Assembly (NCBI GenBank): GCA_050230475.1
Contig: JBFLGF010000098.1
Span: 1-64,000, forward strand
DNA from: Ancylonema sp.
Lineage: Eukaryota
Reading direction: 5' to 3'
Length of the DNA: 64,000 nucleotides
Made by a program: the position numbers and the translations under genes. The first letter of the stretch is position 1. Each line of letters begins with the position of its first letter. Below are positions 27,001-39,870 of this stretch, in pieces. The notes beneath the pieces are model-generated. The model was not told the origin of the DNA. It ran no database searches and was given only the letters and a program-made list of their open reading frames with translations.

Positions 27001-27206
27001 CCTATGGCGATCCAAATTCTGTGGATGATGAGATCCCAGATGCTGTGGGAAATCCATCACCACAGCTTCCGAGTTCTCCTCTTCCTCAGAGTGCGGATCT
27101 TCCAAAACTTATCAGCGATCCTAGTAGAGACGATGAGGACGAAGATCACCTAGATGATGGTCCATAATGGTATCTAGATGATGCTACTCCTCTTAATCCG
27201 CTTGGC

Positions 27207-29434
27207 GTGACGGACGACTCTTCTGAAACTTCTATCGATGATCCAGAGTCTGACCCTCGGCATGTTCGTCGATCTGCAAGGGACAATAGAGGAGTGCATC
27301 CCAACAGATTTGCTGCTGCTTTTGTTGCCAACTTAGAGAGTGAGATAAAGACACCCACGACTGTGGAGGAGGCTCTTAACAGTCCACAACGGCCTCAGTG
27401 GCAAGCTGCAATGGTCGTTGAAATGGGAAGTCTACAAGAGAACCGGGTCTATCGACTTGTGCCTAGGCCGAGGGGGAAGAAAGTTGTGAAGTCAAAGTGG
27501 GTGTTCAAGATCAAATTCAATGTTGATGGTTATGTAGAAAAATACAAAGCAAGAATTGAGGCTAAGGGATTCAGTCAAGTAGAGGGAGTGGACTACGATC
27601 AAACCTTTTCTCCAAGTGTTCGATTTGAGAGTATTCGTCAACTTGTCGCCATGGGAGCTTCCAGGGGTCTACACATGCACCACAAGGATGTTACAACAAC
27701 TTTTCTCTATGCGCCCCTGGAAGAGGAGGTGTACATGGAAGCTCTTGACGGCACGTGTGGGCGTGGTGAAGCAGATTTAGTGTGGCTGCTACTCAGGTGC
27801 CTGTATGGCCTCAAGCAGGCGCCGAGAGGATGGAATCAGCACATCGACGACGTGCTAAAAGGCATGAAGTCTCATCGCCTGGCTTCAGATTTTGGCCTTT
27901 ATATTCTGGGAGAAGGGCCAGAAGCACTCTACTTGGCGCTATATGTGGATGACGTGTTTCTCCTATACATGAGGCTGGCGACTATTTTTGGGGTGAAAGG
28001 AGGGCTGGGAAAGCGCTATAACATGAAAGATCTGGGAGAAGCAAAGTTCTTGTTGGGGCTTGAGATTCGAAGGCAGCCTGATGGCAACGTGTATTTGGTG
28101 CAAGATAAATATTTCAGAGATCTGCTCACAATGTTTGGGATGCAAGACTGCGATTTTGCTGCTAATCCTCTTGAGCTGGGTGTCATTTTTTTTGCAAACT
28201 GTGAAACTGCTTCTGAATCTGCTAGAATAGAGGGTGTGGGATACAAGTATGCAATGGGCAGTTTGCTATATCTGACTTCTGGCACAAGACCCGATCTGGC
28301 AGCTGTGGTTAACTCCTTGTGTCGATACAATCAGCAGCCAGGGGACAAGCATTGGGAGGGGGCTAAGAGAGTTTTGCGCTGTCTAAAGGGAACTGTCGAT
28401 TTGGGGCTGATGTATAAGAAAGAGAGTGATTTGCTAGTCATGGGTTACTCATATGCTAGTCATGGTGATGACGTCGACACGAGGAAGGGGAAAATTGGCT
28501 ATGTCTTTCTTAGTGGAGGAGCTGTTGTGCGTTGGAAAAGTGGTATGCTGGAAACAGTCACACACTCAAACTGTGAAAAGGAATATTTGGCATTGAGTGC
28601 TGCTGGCAATGAAGCTATTCATTTGAGCCAGATGCAAAAAGAGTTGGGTATTGGTGGGGGGAGTGTGCCGTTGCTGGGGGATAATGAGAATTCTTTGAAA
28701 CTTGTTGAGAATCCTGTCTTACACAAAAGCTCCAAACACACCAAGATCAAGTATCATTCCATTCGAGAGAGGGTGTCCAAGAAAAAAAACCAATTTCCAG
28801 TTTGTAAAGAGTGAAGACCAGGTTGCTGATATGTTGACAAAACCGGTGTTTGTCAAGGTGTTGAAGAAGAATTGTGCTTTGGTGGGGTTGGTGTATGAAA
28901 AATAGTTTCGTGAGTTCTGTGAGTTTTTGTTGCATTTTGTTTGTAAAATCGATATCGTTTTCGTTATCGTTTTTGGAGGGGGAATACAAAAGTACTTAGG
29001 GAGGGGGTGTTAGTTTTTAGGGAATGTGAACTTTTGTCGTTATATCGATTTTAGCAATACCGGGAATTTAGCTTTAGTTTTGTCGTTATTCAGCAAATGC
29101 ACGCTGCAGGCCGGCTGCAGGCCGATGTCCTTGTTTCAATGATTACTTGGCCATCTGGCACAAGTGTCGATAAGAACTAGTTGATGAATTGGCAGATGCT
29201 TAGATATGATTGGCAGTTGACTAAGTAGTTTCGATATCTGTAGATCCTTTGACGAGGCAGCAATCGACTGTAATAGGTCTGGGCTTGCATGCTGAATTCG
29301 TTAATCAATACTTTCTATTTCAAACTTGCACTTTTGTTGTGTCGACGTTTGTAATGACGTGATCCGTTTGATTCAAAGAGATTAAGAAGAAGTGAACTTT
29401 ATTCTTGCATCGATGGCAGAAGAAAGTTCTCACA
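27207..29434 (+). mobile_element. 5'-truncated Ty1/Copia retrotransposon: RT-RNase H, PPT and 3' LTR (29008-29434)
   Basis: SKWVFKIK, YKARIEAKGFSQVEGVDY, LYGLKQAPRGW, LYVDDV, TRPDLA, KHTKIKYHSIRE, DQVADMLTKP (frameshift in the A-run near 28790); PPT AGGGAGGGGG at 28998-29007 followed by TGTTAG; LTR homologous to 39459-39870. Confidence 0.93.
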
Positions 29435-30111
29435 CATCAGACAACCATTCTTTTGAGTCACTCATCATTTATGTCGAGCGCCAACCCTCCCATAAAGGCG
29501 AATCCGACAAAGCACAAACAAGTCTAGGGGGAAATGCTTCACTTTGCCCAAAGTGGTCAGGGTCGGCGGTAAGTTATAGGCACAATCCACTTTGTGACTT
29601 TGACATGTGTTATACGGCTTTTGGCAAAAACAGACCTGCGATGATGCACCAAACCGGAGCTCGTGAATAGTAGGGCTTGTTATTTGCGCCTCGTATAATA
29701 TTATTGAATCACCCTACGTTGTGGCGTACAAACTTTCTATTTGTCAAATCTGATATTCAGAATTGACTATTGACTCTAACTTGTATCAATAAGGTTGCCA
29801 CCATGACATTTAAGAGCCAACAAGGAGCAAGGCTAGCAGGATGACATTCATGAATGTACTTGGCTTTGTAATGAGAGTTGGGTACAAACGCTTCACCAAC
29901 AACAAATTCGTTAAAAAAAACGAATGTCCACGTCACAAGTTGCAATCTCGACACTCGATGACACTTCTACTTTGCTTTCAAAAGAATATGACACAAAACT
30001 AAAGCCAACAAACCTTGCAAATTTATGTACACGACAAAAAACAAAAAAAAACACTTTTCCACGATTTTATCTACACCCCAACAACACCGCGCAAAAACCG
30101 CTCCCCCACAC

Positions 30112-32842
30112 TTATATCGCACCATCACCCTTCCCTTCATCCACATCATCCGCTGAACTAAGTGCTAGCGGACGAATTTCTTGGACGTCACATACACCAG
30201 TTGACACATAATGCGGCCTTGCATGGCCTTCCCTATCACCTTTCTTTGACCGAGCCAAAGCGATGTCTCTATCTCTCGGATACGTCCAATAGAGGAACGT
30301 GTATGTCAAACAACAGATAGTGAATGGAATAGCTACGGTGACGAGGAGGCCTTGCGACAACGCCCTCGCGTTTGTTCTATCTTCCATAGCGCGCGAATCT
30401 CCACCCGCTTTTTGCCCAGTCTCGGCGACGGGGATGTAGCCAAAGAATCTCTCTGTCAAAATGCCGACAATTGGAGGAGCGAAAGCGGCCACACTCATCT
30501 CAAGCATCCGATCCAGGGCATAGATGCTTGTGCGGAGGTTCTCGGGGACTATTTCCGCAAGAATGGGGCTGCCATTTTCAGAAAGTACACACGGAGATAG
30601 GGGGATTTGAAAGTGATCCGCTGACAGCACCTCAAAAAAATAAATTGAAAAAAAACGACTCTAATACGTCACTTGCTGCTGGCATCTTCAAGACATCTAG
30701 GATGAAAAAAACCAGTCTACTTTCTTAAAGAGACCGGAATGTGGATAGGTGGGCGTGGATGTTTTAGCAAAGCATTGGCTTTACCACCAGGCATGCTCAC
30801 AGACACGAAACACACTACGAGAGCAGCCAAGGTCAGTCAGCAAGTAACAAGACTTGGCAATCCCGCGAACCAACCCTTGCTTCCTTCTACCCACACCAGC
30901 TGTGCACTCGTCCTCCCCCACAACTTCAAATCGTCAGTGCCAGGTGGCGGACAGAGATAGGTGCACCAACCAAAGGGCAGGCAAGGACCTCACTTGTTAG
31001 TACTCGATCCATTCCACGACACCAGGAACCCAAGGCCGGCAAGAAGCGCCGACTACAGCGCCGCAAAGTCCGGATCCGGCGGGGTCCACCACAGGAGCAG
31101 GAGGGACAGCGGCACAGCCACCCCCAAGCTGAACTGCGCACACACGATGCGGCCGCTGTCCGGGAAGAGGGTGGCCATCTTGTCCCCCACCCACCCCCCA
31201 ACCAGCGACCCCAGGCAGCACCCAACCGCGAAGCTTCCCAGAAGGAAGGCGGTGGTGGCGTGGGAGAAGCCCGTGAGCTCCAGCCACATGGCGGAGAAGG
31301 ACATGGCCGCCCACGGGAATGAGCCCACCGCGCCTTGGGCTACGAGGAGGAGGAAGGTGGGGACGGATACTACAGTTCGGACAGCAGACCAGAGTTTGTG
31401 GAAATCCGCCCTCCATTCGACTTGGTCCAGGCGGGATTCACGCTCGGATCTGGTGAGGGGAAGCAGGAGGGCAGACTGAAAACCAGGGATCCAGGGCGTA
31501 GTATATGCCAATTGAAAAGTGTTTGATTTGAGGTGGAAGGAAGAGGGCTAGTGGGTGACTCAATTTTCGTTCCGGGTTGAACTGGAATATTGTAGCAGGC
31601 AGTCGAATACCAGACCCAGTACTGAAAGGCAATGCAAAGCACGAGAAGGAGGTCCAAATTTGTCCTCGTGAAAATCAACCTTGTAAGAAAGACACCCGTT
31701 TCTCAAGGTAGTATACCATGACAATCACCTGCCCACGACCCTCAATGAGCAATCACCTGCCCTGCTGATGACGCCTCCCGCAGCATCTACGTGTAGGTAG
31801 TCGTTGCTCGAGCGATCAACGGCATAGGATTGGCCCTCGTCATCCCCGCCATACAATCCCTGGTCGCCGATTCCTCAACTGCCGAAGCTCGAGGCACAGC
31901 GTTTGGATGGCTGGCACTTACCAGCAACTTGGGAGCGATTGCAGGCGGCTGCTTCGGAGTTCTTCTAGGGGGCTCAGAGCCCTTTGGTATGACAGGCTGG
32001 AGGGTAGCCTTTCACACTGTGGCCTTCATCACCTACGACACCGCCTTCTGTGTGTGGAAGTATGGGGAGGAGCCGCAGTCCAGTGAAAGGTGCGACGCCA
32101 AAAGAGGACTGTAACTTTTTGGACGAGGGTTGAGCGTTCAGAGTCCATCAGAGTCTCTCAGATGGATTTAAACACAGTCGTGGATTTCTGTTCTGAGCCC
32201 GTTTGTGCTCATTGATCAGACTCGTCTGTAACAGCATACGGCCTTCATTGAGTCCGGATGCGGCTTGGGCCGTTTGAATGCAGGATGTCTACATGTACAC
32301 GTACTAGATGTACGTCCCAGCGGGAACGAGACTATAGTGCCCCCTATTTTAAAGCATACATGTCTACTACATTGGATTGATTCGTACAAGTAAAATGTGG
32401 AATGATGGTTTTGTCATTAGTTATATGCACGAATTTCAACATGCTGCCACTGATAATTTGAGAAAATGATTTGACGTGCCAACAACAATTACGACTAATC
32501 TATCACCTCACGTCTGTTTTTCTTTACCTCGGCATATACTGAGGCCACAGCCACAGCTGAAGTAGCAAGCCCCCAGACCAATGCTCCAGCGCAAATAACG
32601 TTCAACCGGTTAAATCGCAGTGAAAGGTACGCAGCCAGTGGGTACGAAAGTGCCTGTGCGGCTGCCCTAACGAACGTAAGCGTGCCAAGCCCTGAAGGAG
32701 TTGTCCTGAATTCAGTTCCGACCTCTTTATATACAGACGGCAAAAGTGACTCATCTGCCTTCTCCACTATGGAGGCAAGGTTTATGATCACAAAAGAGCG
32801 CAAAACGGTGTCATGCCACCAGGCAAAAATACGAAGTGCCAT
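30112..32842 (-). pseudogene. Spinster-like MFS transporter; exons 32842-32528 (-), 31797-32089 (+, inverted), 31449-30994 (-, in-frame TAG at 31055-31053), 30568-30112 (-)
   Basis: Plant MFS motifs INLASIVEKADESLLPSVYKEVG, ARAINGIGLALVIPAIQSLVAD, QGAVGSFPW, SWNGSSTNNPILAEIVP, IYALDR, YWTYPRDR; splice phases 0/2/2 all compatible. Confidence 0.85.
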
Positions 32843-33607
32843 ATATAGCAACACGCATTTGCTGCGAGTAAATTGTGGAGACGGACGATCAGAATGTCGC
32901 GCACCCGGTGAATTGCAAACAGTTGGCAACTAGATCTTAGAAGCAGCAGTACAATATCTAAAGTTACAAAGTATATTTTTCACAAAACACTACGTGATTT
33001 GGTATGTGCTTGACGTGCCAAATTCACCGCGCTACTTCATAACTAAAATATCATAAAATTGTTCACTTCCCGGGTGTCCCGTCTTCTTGGACAGCTCGCC
33101 TCTCATGACTCGGTAGTGTGTAAGTTCTTAAACGGTGTGAAGGCACGGTACGCCTGGCTGCATGAAAAGGAATCTGACACCTCCTGCGTTTCACATGGCC
33201 CGCTTCTCAGGGCTCGGGGCTTGAAGCCCGGTGCCCTGCCTTCTGTCCTGTACGAATCATCTTGTGGCCACGTGCCACGTGGTGCCCATGGCCATCTGTC
33301 GCCCAGAAAAATTGCGCGGAAATAATGGTGTATGTTTTTTGCCATATTTGTTCTGCCAGTCTTTGGCTCTTTTTGCCGCCTGCATACTCCCTCGATTTTT
33401 CTACCAGGCAAGCATCAGCTTCCCCCATGAACCCTGACAGGATTCTACAGCGTAGAAAGTATCGTTGCCTGACTTTGGACTAGTGAGAGCAGCCGAGCGT
33501 GTAATTGAGTGCGCAGCCAAGTCACTCGCACTTGTCAGCGCTCCCCTCGAAGACGATCGTCAAAGGACACTAGAGGTCTCTGACAGCTCGGAATTCAGCC
33601 GAACGCG

Positions 33608-36600
33608 ATGAGTGGAGGAGGCAGTCAGCCTCAGTTCCGGTACACGCAGCCTCCTTCCAAGGTTCTTCACGTGCGGAATCTGCCATGGGAATGCACAGAA
33701 GAGGAGCTCATAGAGCTTTGCAAGCCCTTCGGAAAGATTCTCAACACGAAAATGAACGTTGGTGCCAATCACAATCAGGCGTTTGTCGAATTCGTAAGTG
33801 CTTCTTCTACCGCCCTTAGTCTGTTTTTTTCGAGTCTATGGTTTCGAATTTTCAGGTGCGTTACTGTACTTTGATATTGTCACCCGCCGTTATGTATCGG
33901 TGAGCTCCACTTTAACTCCACGTTGTGTGGCACCCGATCCGCAGGCTGATATCAATCAAGCCATCCAAATGGTTTCATTCTATGCGTCGTCTTCGGAACC
34001 AGCGCAAGTGCGGGGCAAAGCTGTTTATCTGCAGTATTCCACTCGACAGGAAATCGTGACGACTAAGCAAAGTGGAGATGTTGCTAGTAATGTGCTCCTG
34101 GTTACCATAGAAGGAGTTGAGGCTGGGGATGTGAGCATCGACGTTCTGCATCTGGTGAGTTCCGCACCGACACGTTATCACGGTTTGGAAGTTCTCGTCA
34201 GCAGTGCTTTATTTGCACAGTCCGTGTCGTTTTGGGTCTGACGGGGCTGAAGTCATGCTGAGCAGTCAACCCCGTCGTCCGGGTTCCAGGGTTCAGCTAG
34301 TGTCCGACTTAGGTATGCGTCTCGGATTCGCATCTCCGTTCTGGACCTGCTTTGCCGCCCTCCCACAGTGACTGTTTGGTTCCTTGATGGAAGTTGCTCC
34401 TCGGTGACCAGGTTCTGTTGCCGACCTCATTTCGGCACGCATCAGGACTGACCTCGAGGCGCACGCTTGTTCTGTTTGTCCACTCACCCCTAGCCTGCCT
34501 TTCCACCCCTCGCTCATCACGTGCCCTTTGCTCTCCCCTACATTCCACCCGCCCTTTGCTCTCCCCTCAATCGCACCTACCTTTCCCCTCCCCCGCTGTC
34601 CGTGTACACTCTACGTATGGAACGGCTTAGAAGGCAGTCGACAGGGTGATAAAGCCACCGAGTTTTGCACAGCATACACGATGCTGAGGGTATTGTCGTT
34701 GTTGGTTCGCACTAGTGGCCCAGATACCCTCATGGTGTCGTTCACTTACTTCCTTTAATGCACCACTGGGGAAGTGATGGTCGTCCGCAGGGTTCTAAGT
34801 TTCAGATGACCCTATCAGGGTGTCTTATCTTTGCACCGTCTGTCATCACAGCTCATTAGACATGTCTTCTCTGGACACTATTGCTTCTGTTCAATTGAAG
34901 AGAGTATGTTGCTCTTGTTTGCCACCGAAAACCGGGTAGAGTTTCATAAAGTTTGATAGAGTGGTAGTGTTTCTCGTAGGGGTCTTGTAGTCGCCACCAA
35001 GTACGAGGGACACACAAAGTCCCTCGTGTCAATAGAGTGATCTGTGATGGAAATGGACAGCTTGGAGTGCCGCCTTGAGTTTCTAAAGTCCTTGTCCTGC
35101 TCCCGTTTCTCGCTGCTGTTAAAATCGATAGTTCCTCGAGATTATTGGAACATTATCGTATTGGTTGGACTTTGCAGCTCGTGGAACACGTCGGTTGCTC
35201 GATCGGTTGGTTGTTTATCGTGTGGTTGTTGGTTGGATTTTTCGTAGGTTCTCATTCCCCTCCATTTCTGTGTACTTTGAGAACAACATTGGATGCAGGG
35301 TGAAACGTTAGCGGAGGTAGATGACGTCGAAACAACCTCAAATCCCTTCTGAAATAATTATTTTTAAGTTTTCGTCGTCTCTCCCTTCCTTTCTTCCTCC
35401 AGGTGTTCTCAGCATTCGGGTTCGTCCACAAAATCGCAACTTTCGAGAAAAGTGCTGGCTTCCAGGTACGTTCCCCTCATTACTGCGCTTCTTCCCACCC
35501 CCTAGACCTTCACCTGCATACATAAAGTAAGGGCACTAGTATGACTAGTCTTTGACATTGACACATAGCGTTTGTCTTTGTGCTTCTCTGTGTGTACGTT
35601 TGTGTTTCCAGGCTCTTGTTCAATTTGGAGATCCCGACACGGCTTCCCAAGCCAAGGGTGCCCTAGAGGGACGAAGCATACCAAAGTAAGGGAAGGGACG
35701 TGGGCTCTTTTGTGACACACCAACCGTGTCAGCGGTCTTGGAAGTTGTAAAAGAGAGATGCAGGAGGGGGATGTCCCAAGAGAACAGTGATCGACACTCA
35801 TCGATCCTTCTTGTCGTACTGTGTGACTTGATGTGTTTGTGACAAATGCGGTCGTGAGATAATGCTATCCACACAGGAATAGCATCCAGTCAACTGCAAC
35901 AGCCCCCTCCCTTGGATACTGTCAAACCCCTCTACAAGCACAATATTCGTCATCTTTTCGCGTCTTTCCAGAGTCGAGGGTCGAGTCTACAGAAAACTGC
36001 ACTATAGAATTGTAGAATTCCGTTTGCCAAATCTGTGGTGCCTTTGAAGTGGCTGCGCTTTTCCACAGAGTCTTTTCTTTTTTTATTGTTCACCAAAGTG
36101 CGTACACAGAGCTTTGACTGTCGTTTCTTCAATCCCCCTCCGTGTCTCAACGGCGCCTTGCGTCAGGATTCATGGACCCGTAGCGGAGACACTAGCAGCA
36201 GAATGGTCACGGAGACTGCACAGGAAGGTGGCCCTACTGTAGTCTGACGTGGCTTTGCCCCGTTGCTCTGTTGCTCTACGTCTCTTCTTCTCAGGTACCT
36301 CCTCCCGGAACACGTCACCTCCTGCAGTCTGCGCATCTCCTTCTCTGCGCACAACGACCTCAACGTCAAGTTCCAAAGCCACAGGAGCAGGTGGGGAACA
36401 AGTCTCCTTCTGTCTTCTTTTGCTATGGGGAAGCGTAGGGCTGCGTCAAAAACCCTACGCTGATAGAGAGAATTACAGGACGGATGAACAGTCAGCATCC
36501 CTGTGGGCGCGCTGTTGGTGGGGAGTTTTCTGCCACCTACACAGAGGGTGTGCATTTACAGAGGGTGTCCTTTACAGGGTTTATGCCTTGAGTCCACAAA

Positions 36601-38452
36601 CTATGGTGCCTGTACGGAGGGTGCCTGTAGAGATATAATTTTTATCTGACTCCCCCCTGTGTGATACTGCAGAGACTACACCAACCCTTACCTTCCTGTG
36701 GCGCCATCAGCAACAGATTCTGGGACTCCGGTAGGGATGCCTCCCCAGTAACCCCTGCTGCTGAAGAAAGGACGCGCAGTTGTATCGGAAGGGAGTCATG
36801 TACCAGATAGTTTTTCTCAGGCCTCGTTTTGCTTGACTTCTGAGATGAAGTGGTACAATTAAGTTTCGAAGGTCTTCTTTTGACGCTCTGGAGGATTTAT
36901 TTCCAACTTTGCAATATTGGATGGTATGTTGGACCCTTTTCTTTGTGTATCAGAGCATGGTGGTGGGAGCGGATGGTAAGCGGAGGGAGCCCGAGAGCAA
37001 CGTTCTTCTGGTGTCCATTGAGAACATGCAGTACGCCGTCACCATCGAAGTCATACACACGGTGAGAGGAGAAGGGAGGGGGGGGGAGGGAAAAACACAA
37101 AGGGAGCTGAGTGGGGAGGGAAACAGTGGGAGCTGGGAGGTTTTTGTGCCAATCGGGTATCGTCTTCGGGGCCTAGAGCAAAGGGCGGATATAAAGTCAA
37201 AGACAGCTGGCGTAGCTCCTAAGTGGCTGTGTGTTTCACCATGACAGGTGTTCACCGCCTTTGGCACTGTGGAGAAGATTGCCATATTTGAAAAGACTGC
37301 TGGGTTCCAGGCCCTGGTACAATATCCAGGTGGGGGTTCTATCAACAAAGAATCTCATAGAGAGAAATGAGTGTTTGTATGTATGCGTGTATGAATGCGT
37401 GCCTGAATGTATGTATGCATGTATGTACGTATGTATGCATGTATGCATGCACGTATATTGGGTATATGTGTATGCGTCTTTATGTATGTACGTATGTACA
37501 CATGCATGCATATATGTATGTATCGACACAAATATGTAAGAACACATCTTTTCTATAGGAGGATACATACGTTTGTATCCTCCTCACGTACTACTCAATT
37601 TTATGCACGTATTCTCAGCCCTGCCCTGGCTATCCTCGTCTGAACTTTGCTCCTTTTCTTCCATTTCCTTTCCCAGACATTCCCACTGCCGTCCGTGCCA
37701 AGGAAGCCCTGGAGGGCCACTGTGTGTATGACGGAGGGTTCTGCAAACTGCGACTGTCCTACTCGAGACACACAGACCTGAACGTGAAAGTAAGCAAATG
37801 GAACACGGGGAAAAAAAAAACAAAAACAAACAAACAAACAAACAAACGGAAGATCATTTTTACAAAAAACACCCCACTTGCGGCCCCTCACCCTCCCCCC
37901 CCCCTGCCTGCCGCCTGTCAGGCCAACAACGACCGCAGCATGGACTACACCAACCCCACCCTGCCCTCTACCGCTGCCAACCCCGGACCCATCGTCTCCG
38001 GTTCCCCCTTTGCAACCCCTGAACCCCAACCCCTGACCAGCTGGGACTACGAGCAGGCACACGCCAATGCTGCAAAGACCACCCAACCCCCAGCCGCAGG
38101 CGCCCCCCCTCCCCCCGGGCCCCCCCAGGGATCTGCACCCCCCCCCCCCCCCTACATGGGCGGCTCTCTGCCCGGCCCCCCTCCCCGTCACGGCCCTCCC
38201 CCACCTGCACAAGGTGGCCCCCCGGTTGGCCCCCCCCTGGTAGGTGGGCCGCCTCCTCCCGGACCGCTTGGCAGCGCCCCGCCTGGACCAAGAGGACCCC
38301 CACCGCCAGGGTATCCCCTGGGCCCACCTCCGTCGCGCTACCCGGGCCCACCCCATCCCTATACAAGAGGGCCCCCACCCCCCGCGGGTGGCCCTCCTAG
38401 TGGCCCACCAGGACCCCCGCCGCTGCGCGGCCCAGCTTATGGGGGCTATTAG
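33608..38452 (+). CDS. PTB: Polypyrimidine tract-binding protein (plant PTB1/2 type, 3 RRMs + Pro-rich tail); exons 33608-33793, 33945-34154, 35403-35465, 35612-35685, 36295-36390, 36673-36730, 36954-37061, 37248-37329, 37677-37789, 37922-38452
   Basis: QFRYTQPPSKVLHVRNLPWECTEEELIELCKPFG, NHNQAFVEF, VFSAFGFVHKIATFEK, SAHNDLNVKFQSHRSRDYTNPYLP, GGFCKLRLSYSRHTDLNVK; all introns GT-AG and in phase. Confidence 0.95.
37372..37525. repeat. Degenerate (TGTA/TGCA)n microsatellite in a PTB intron
   Basis: Directly visible. Confidence 0.85.
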
Positions 38453-39458
38453 AGAGGAAATATTTGCGGGTAGATTGCGCGGCCTAGCTTGAACGTGGAA
38501 CTCCGATGTAGGGTGCGAGCATGTGTGCTCAATTGGACGTGTTGGAAACTTCTTTTTTGGGCCTTCCCATGTGCGGCACCACGTTTTTGGACCCATGTGC
38601 TATCAATTGTGTGCTTGTGTGTGTACCGTATCGGCCATGATCAATACCCCATGAGTACAAAAACATTCCAAAAATCGCGTATCACACACCCATACCCCAC
38701 CAGTTTTCAATCTAGTGTTGTAACCCCACCGTTATAGACCCCTAAAAATACCCAAATCTCGTATCAATTTCGTTACCCCACCCCTTTACCTTGGTAATTA
38801 ATTAATGGGGCATCAATTCTGGCCGCTGTATATGCCTACCATTGATACGCACGTGAAGTGAGTATAGCAACGATATAACACCATAGCAACGTAAGTATAG
38901 CAACGTGATATAGCTGCGATATATACCACGGTACCACCATAGTTTACACAACGAAATGAATAGTATGCGCACTATTATGACCAAACCAAACATTGAGGTT
39001 CAGCCATATTCAACCTTTGCACCATGTGGCATGAACCGGCCGTTTTTTTCACTTTGGAACCGGTTCCGAGATGAAACCGGTTCGGAAGCGGGCAAACCGG
39101 GTGATTTTTATAATATTCCTCTTTTCCGTGGAAAATTGTATTTTCGATCCCCACAAAAGTAACGGGGGGGGATGTGTGGCAATACAAATGTTGAAAATGC
39201 GGCAACCCGTAACTAATGGTTTGTAATATCGCAAATAATATCATATATATTGTTCAAATGTATTCATCGCGACATTCCAAGACGTGGTACATTTTTCCTC
39301 GCCGAAAGATTATTAGGAAAGTGGGAGTAGACATCGTAGGAGCAGAAGCAGAAGCAATCGAATCGAGGTGTTTGGGTTATGGCAATAAAGGAATGAAAGA
39401 GCATAGCTGGTATGCAATTTTTCATATGGCATGACAGAATTGGAAAAGAGGAATGTAT

Positions 39459-39870
39459 TGTTAGTTTTGAGGGTTTGTGAACTTTTTCTACATATCGATT
39501 TTAGGGCTTAAATTTAGATTTGTCGATTTTCTCGTTTTGCCCGTTGATATGATTGTGATGTTATTTGTGACCATTTGGCAACGTGTCGACAAGAAGTAGA
39601 CAACGTGTCGATAAGAATAGGTGACTTGGCACAATACTTGAATATGATTGGTGTTGGCTTGATAGTTCGATCAGTAGAGATCTTTGGCTAGGAGGGGGCA
39701 TGGATCACACTCGGTTGTACTCAGTTTGAGCTTGCACGCAAAATTCTGCAATCAATCAATCCATCTCAAACTTGCACTTTTGATGTGTGTGTTTGTAACG
39801 CTGTGAATTTTTGCTACAAGAGTGTGAAGTCTGTTACTTCTTGCATCGATGGCAGAAGAAAGCAACAACA
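39459..39870 (+). mobile_element. Copia solo LTR (412 bp)
   Basis: TG...CA; 5-bp TSD TGTAT (39454-39458 / 39871-39875); shares TCAAACTTGCACTTTTG and TTCTTGCATCGATGGCAGAAGAAAG with the LTR at 29008-29434. Confidence 0.88.

Noticed and set aside
31830..32114. Independent plus-strand nested gene
   Set aside because: No ATG, bounded by splice sites, and it encodes exactly the segment missing from the minus-strand MFS gene.
37601..38596. 331-aa minus ORF and other antisense ORFs over GC-rich exons (for example 44265-44507, 44771-45079)
   Set aside because: Shadow frames of PTB and rbcS exons.
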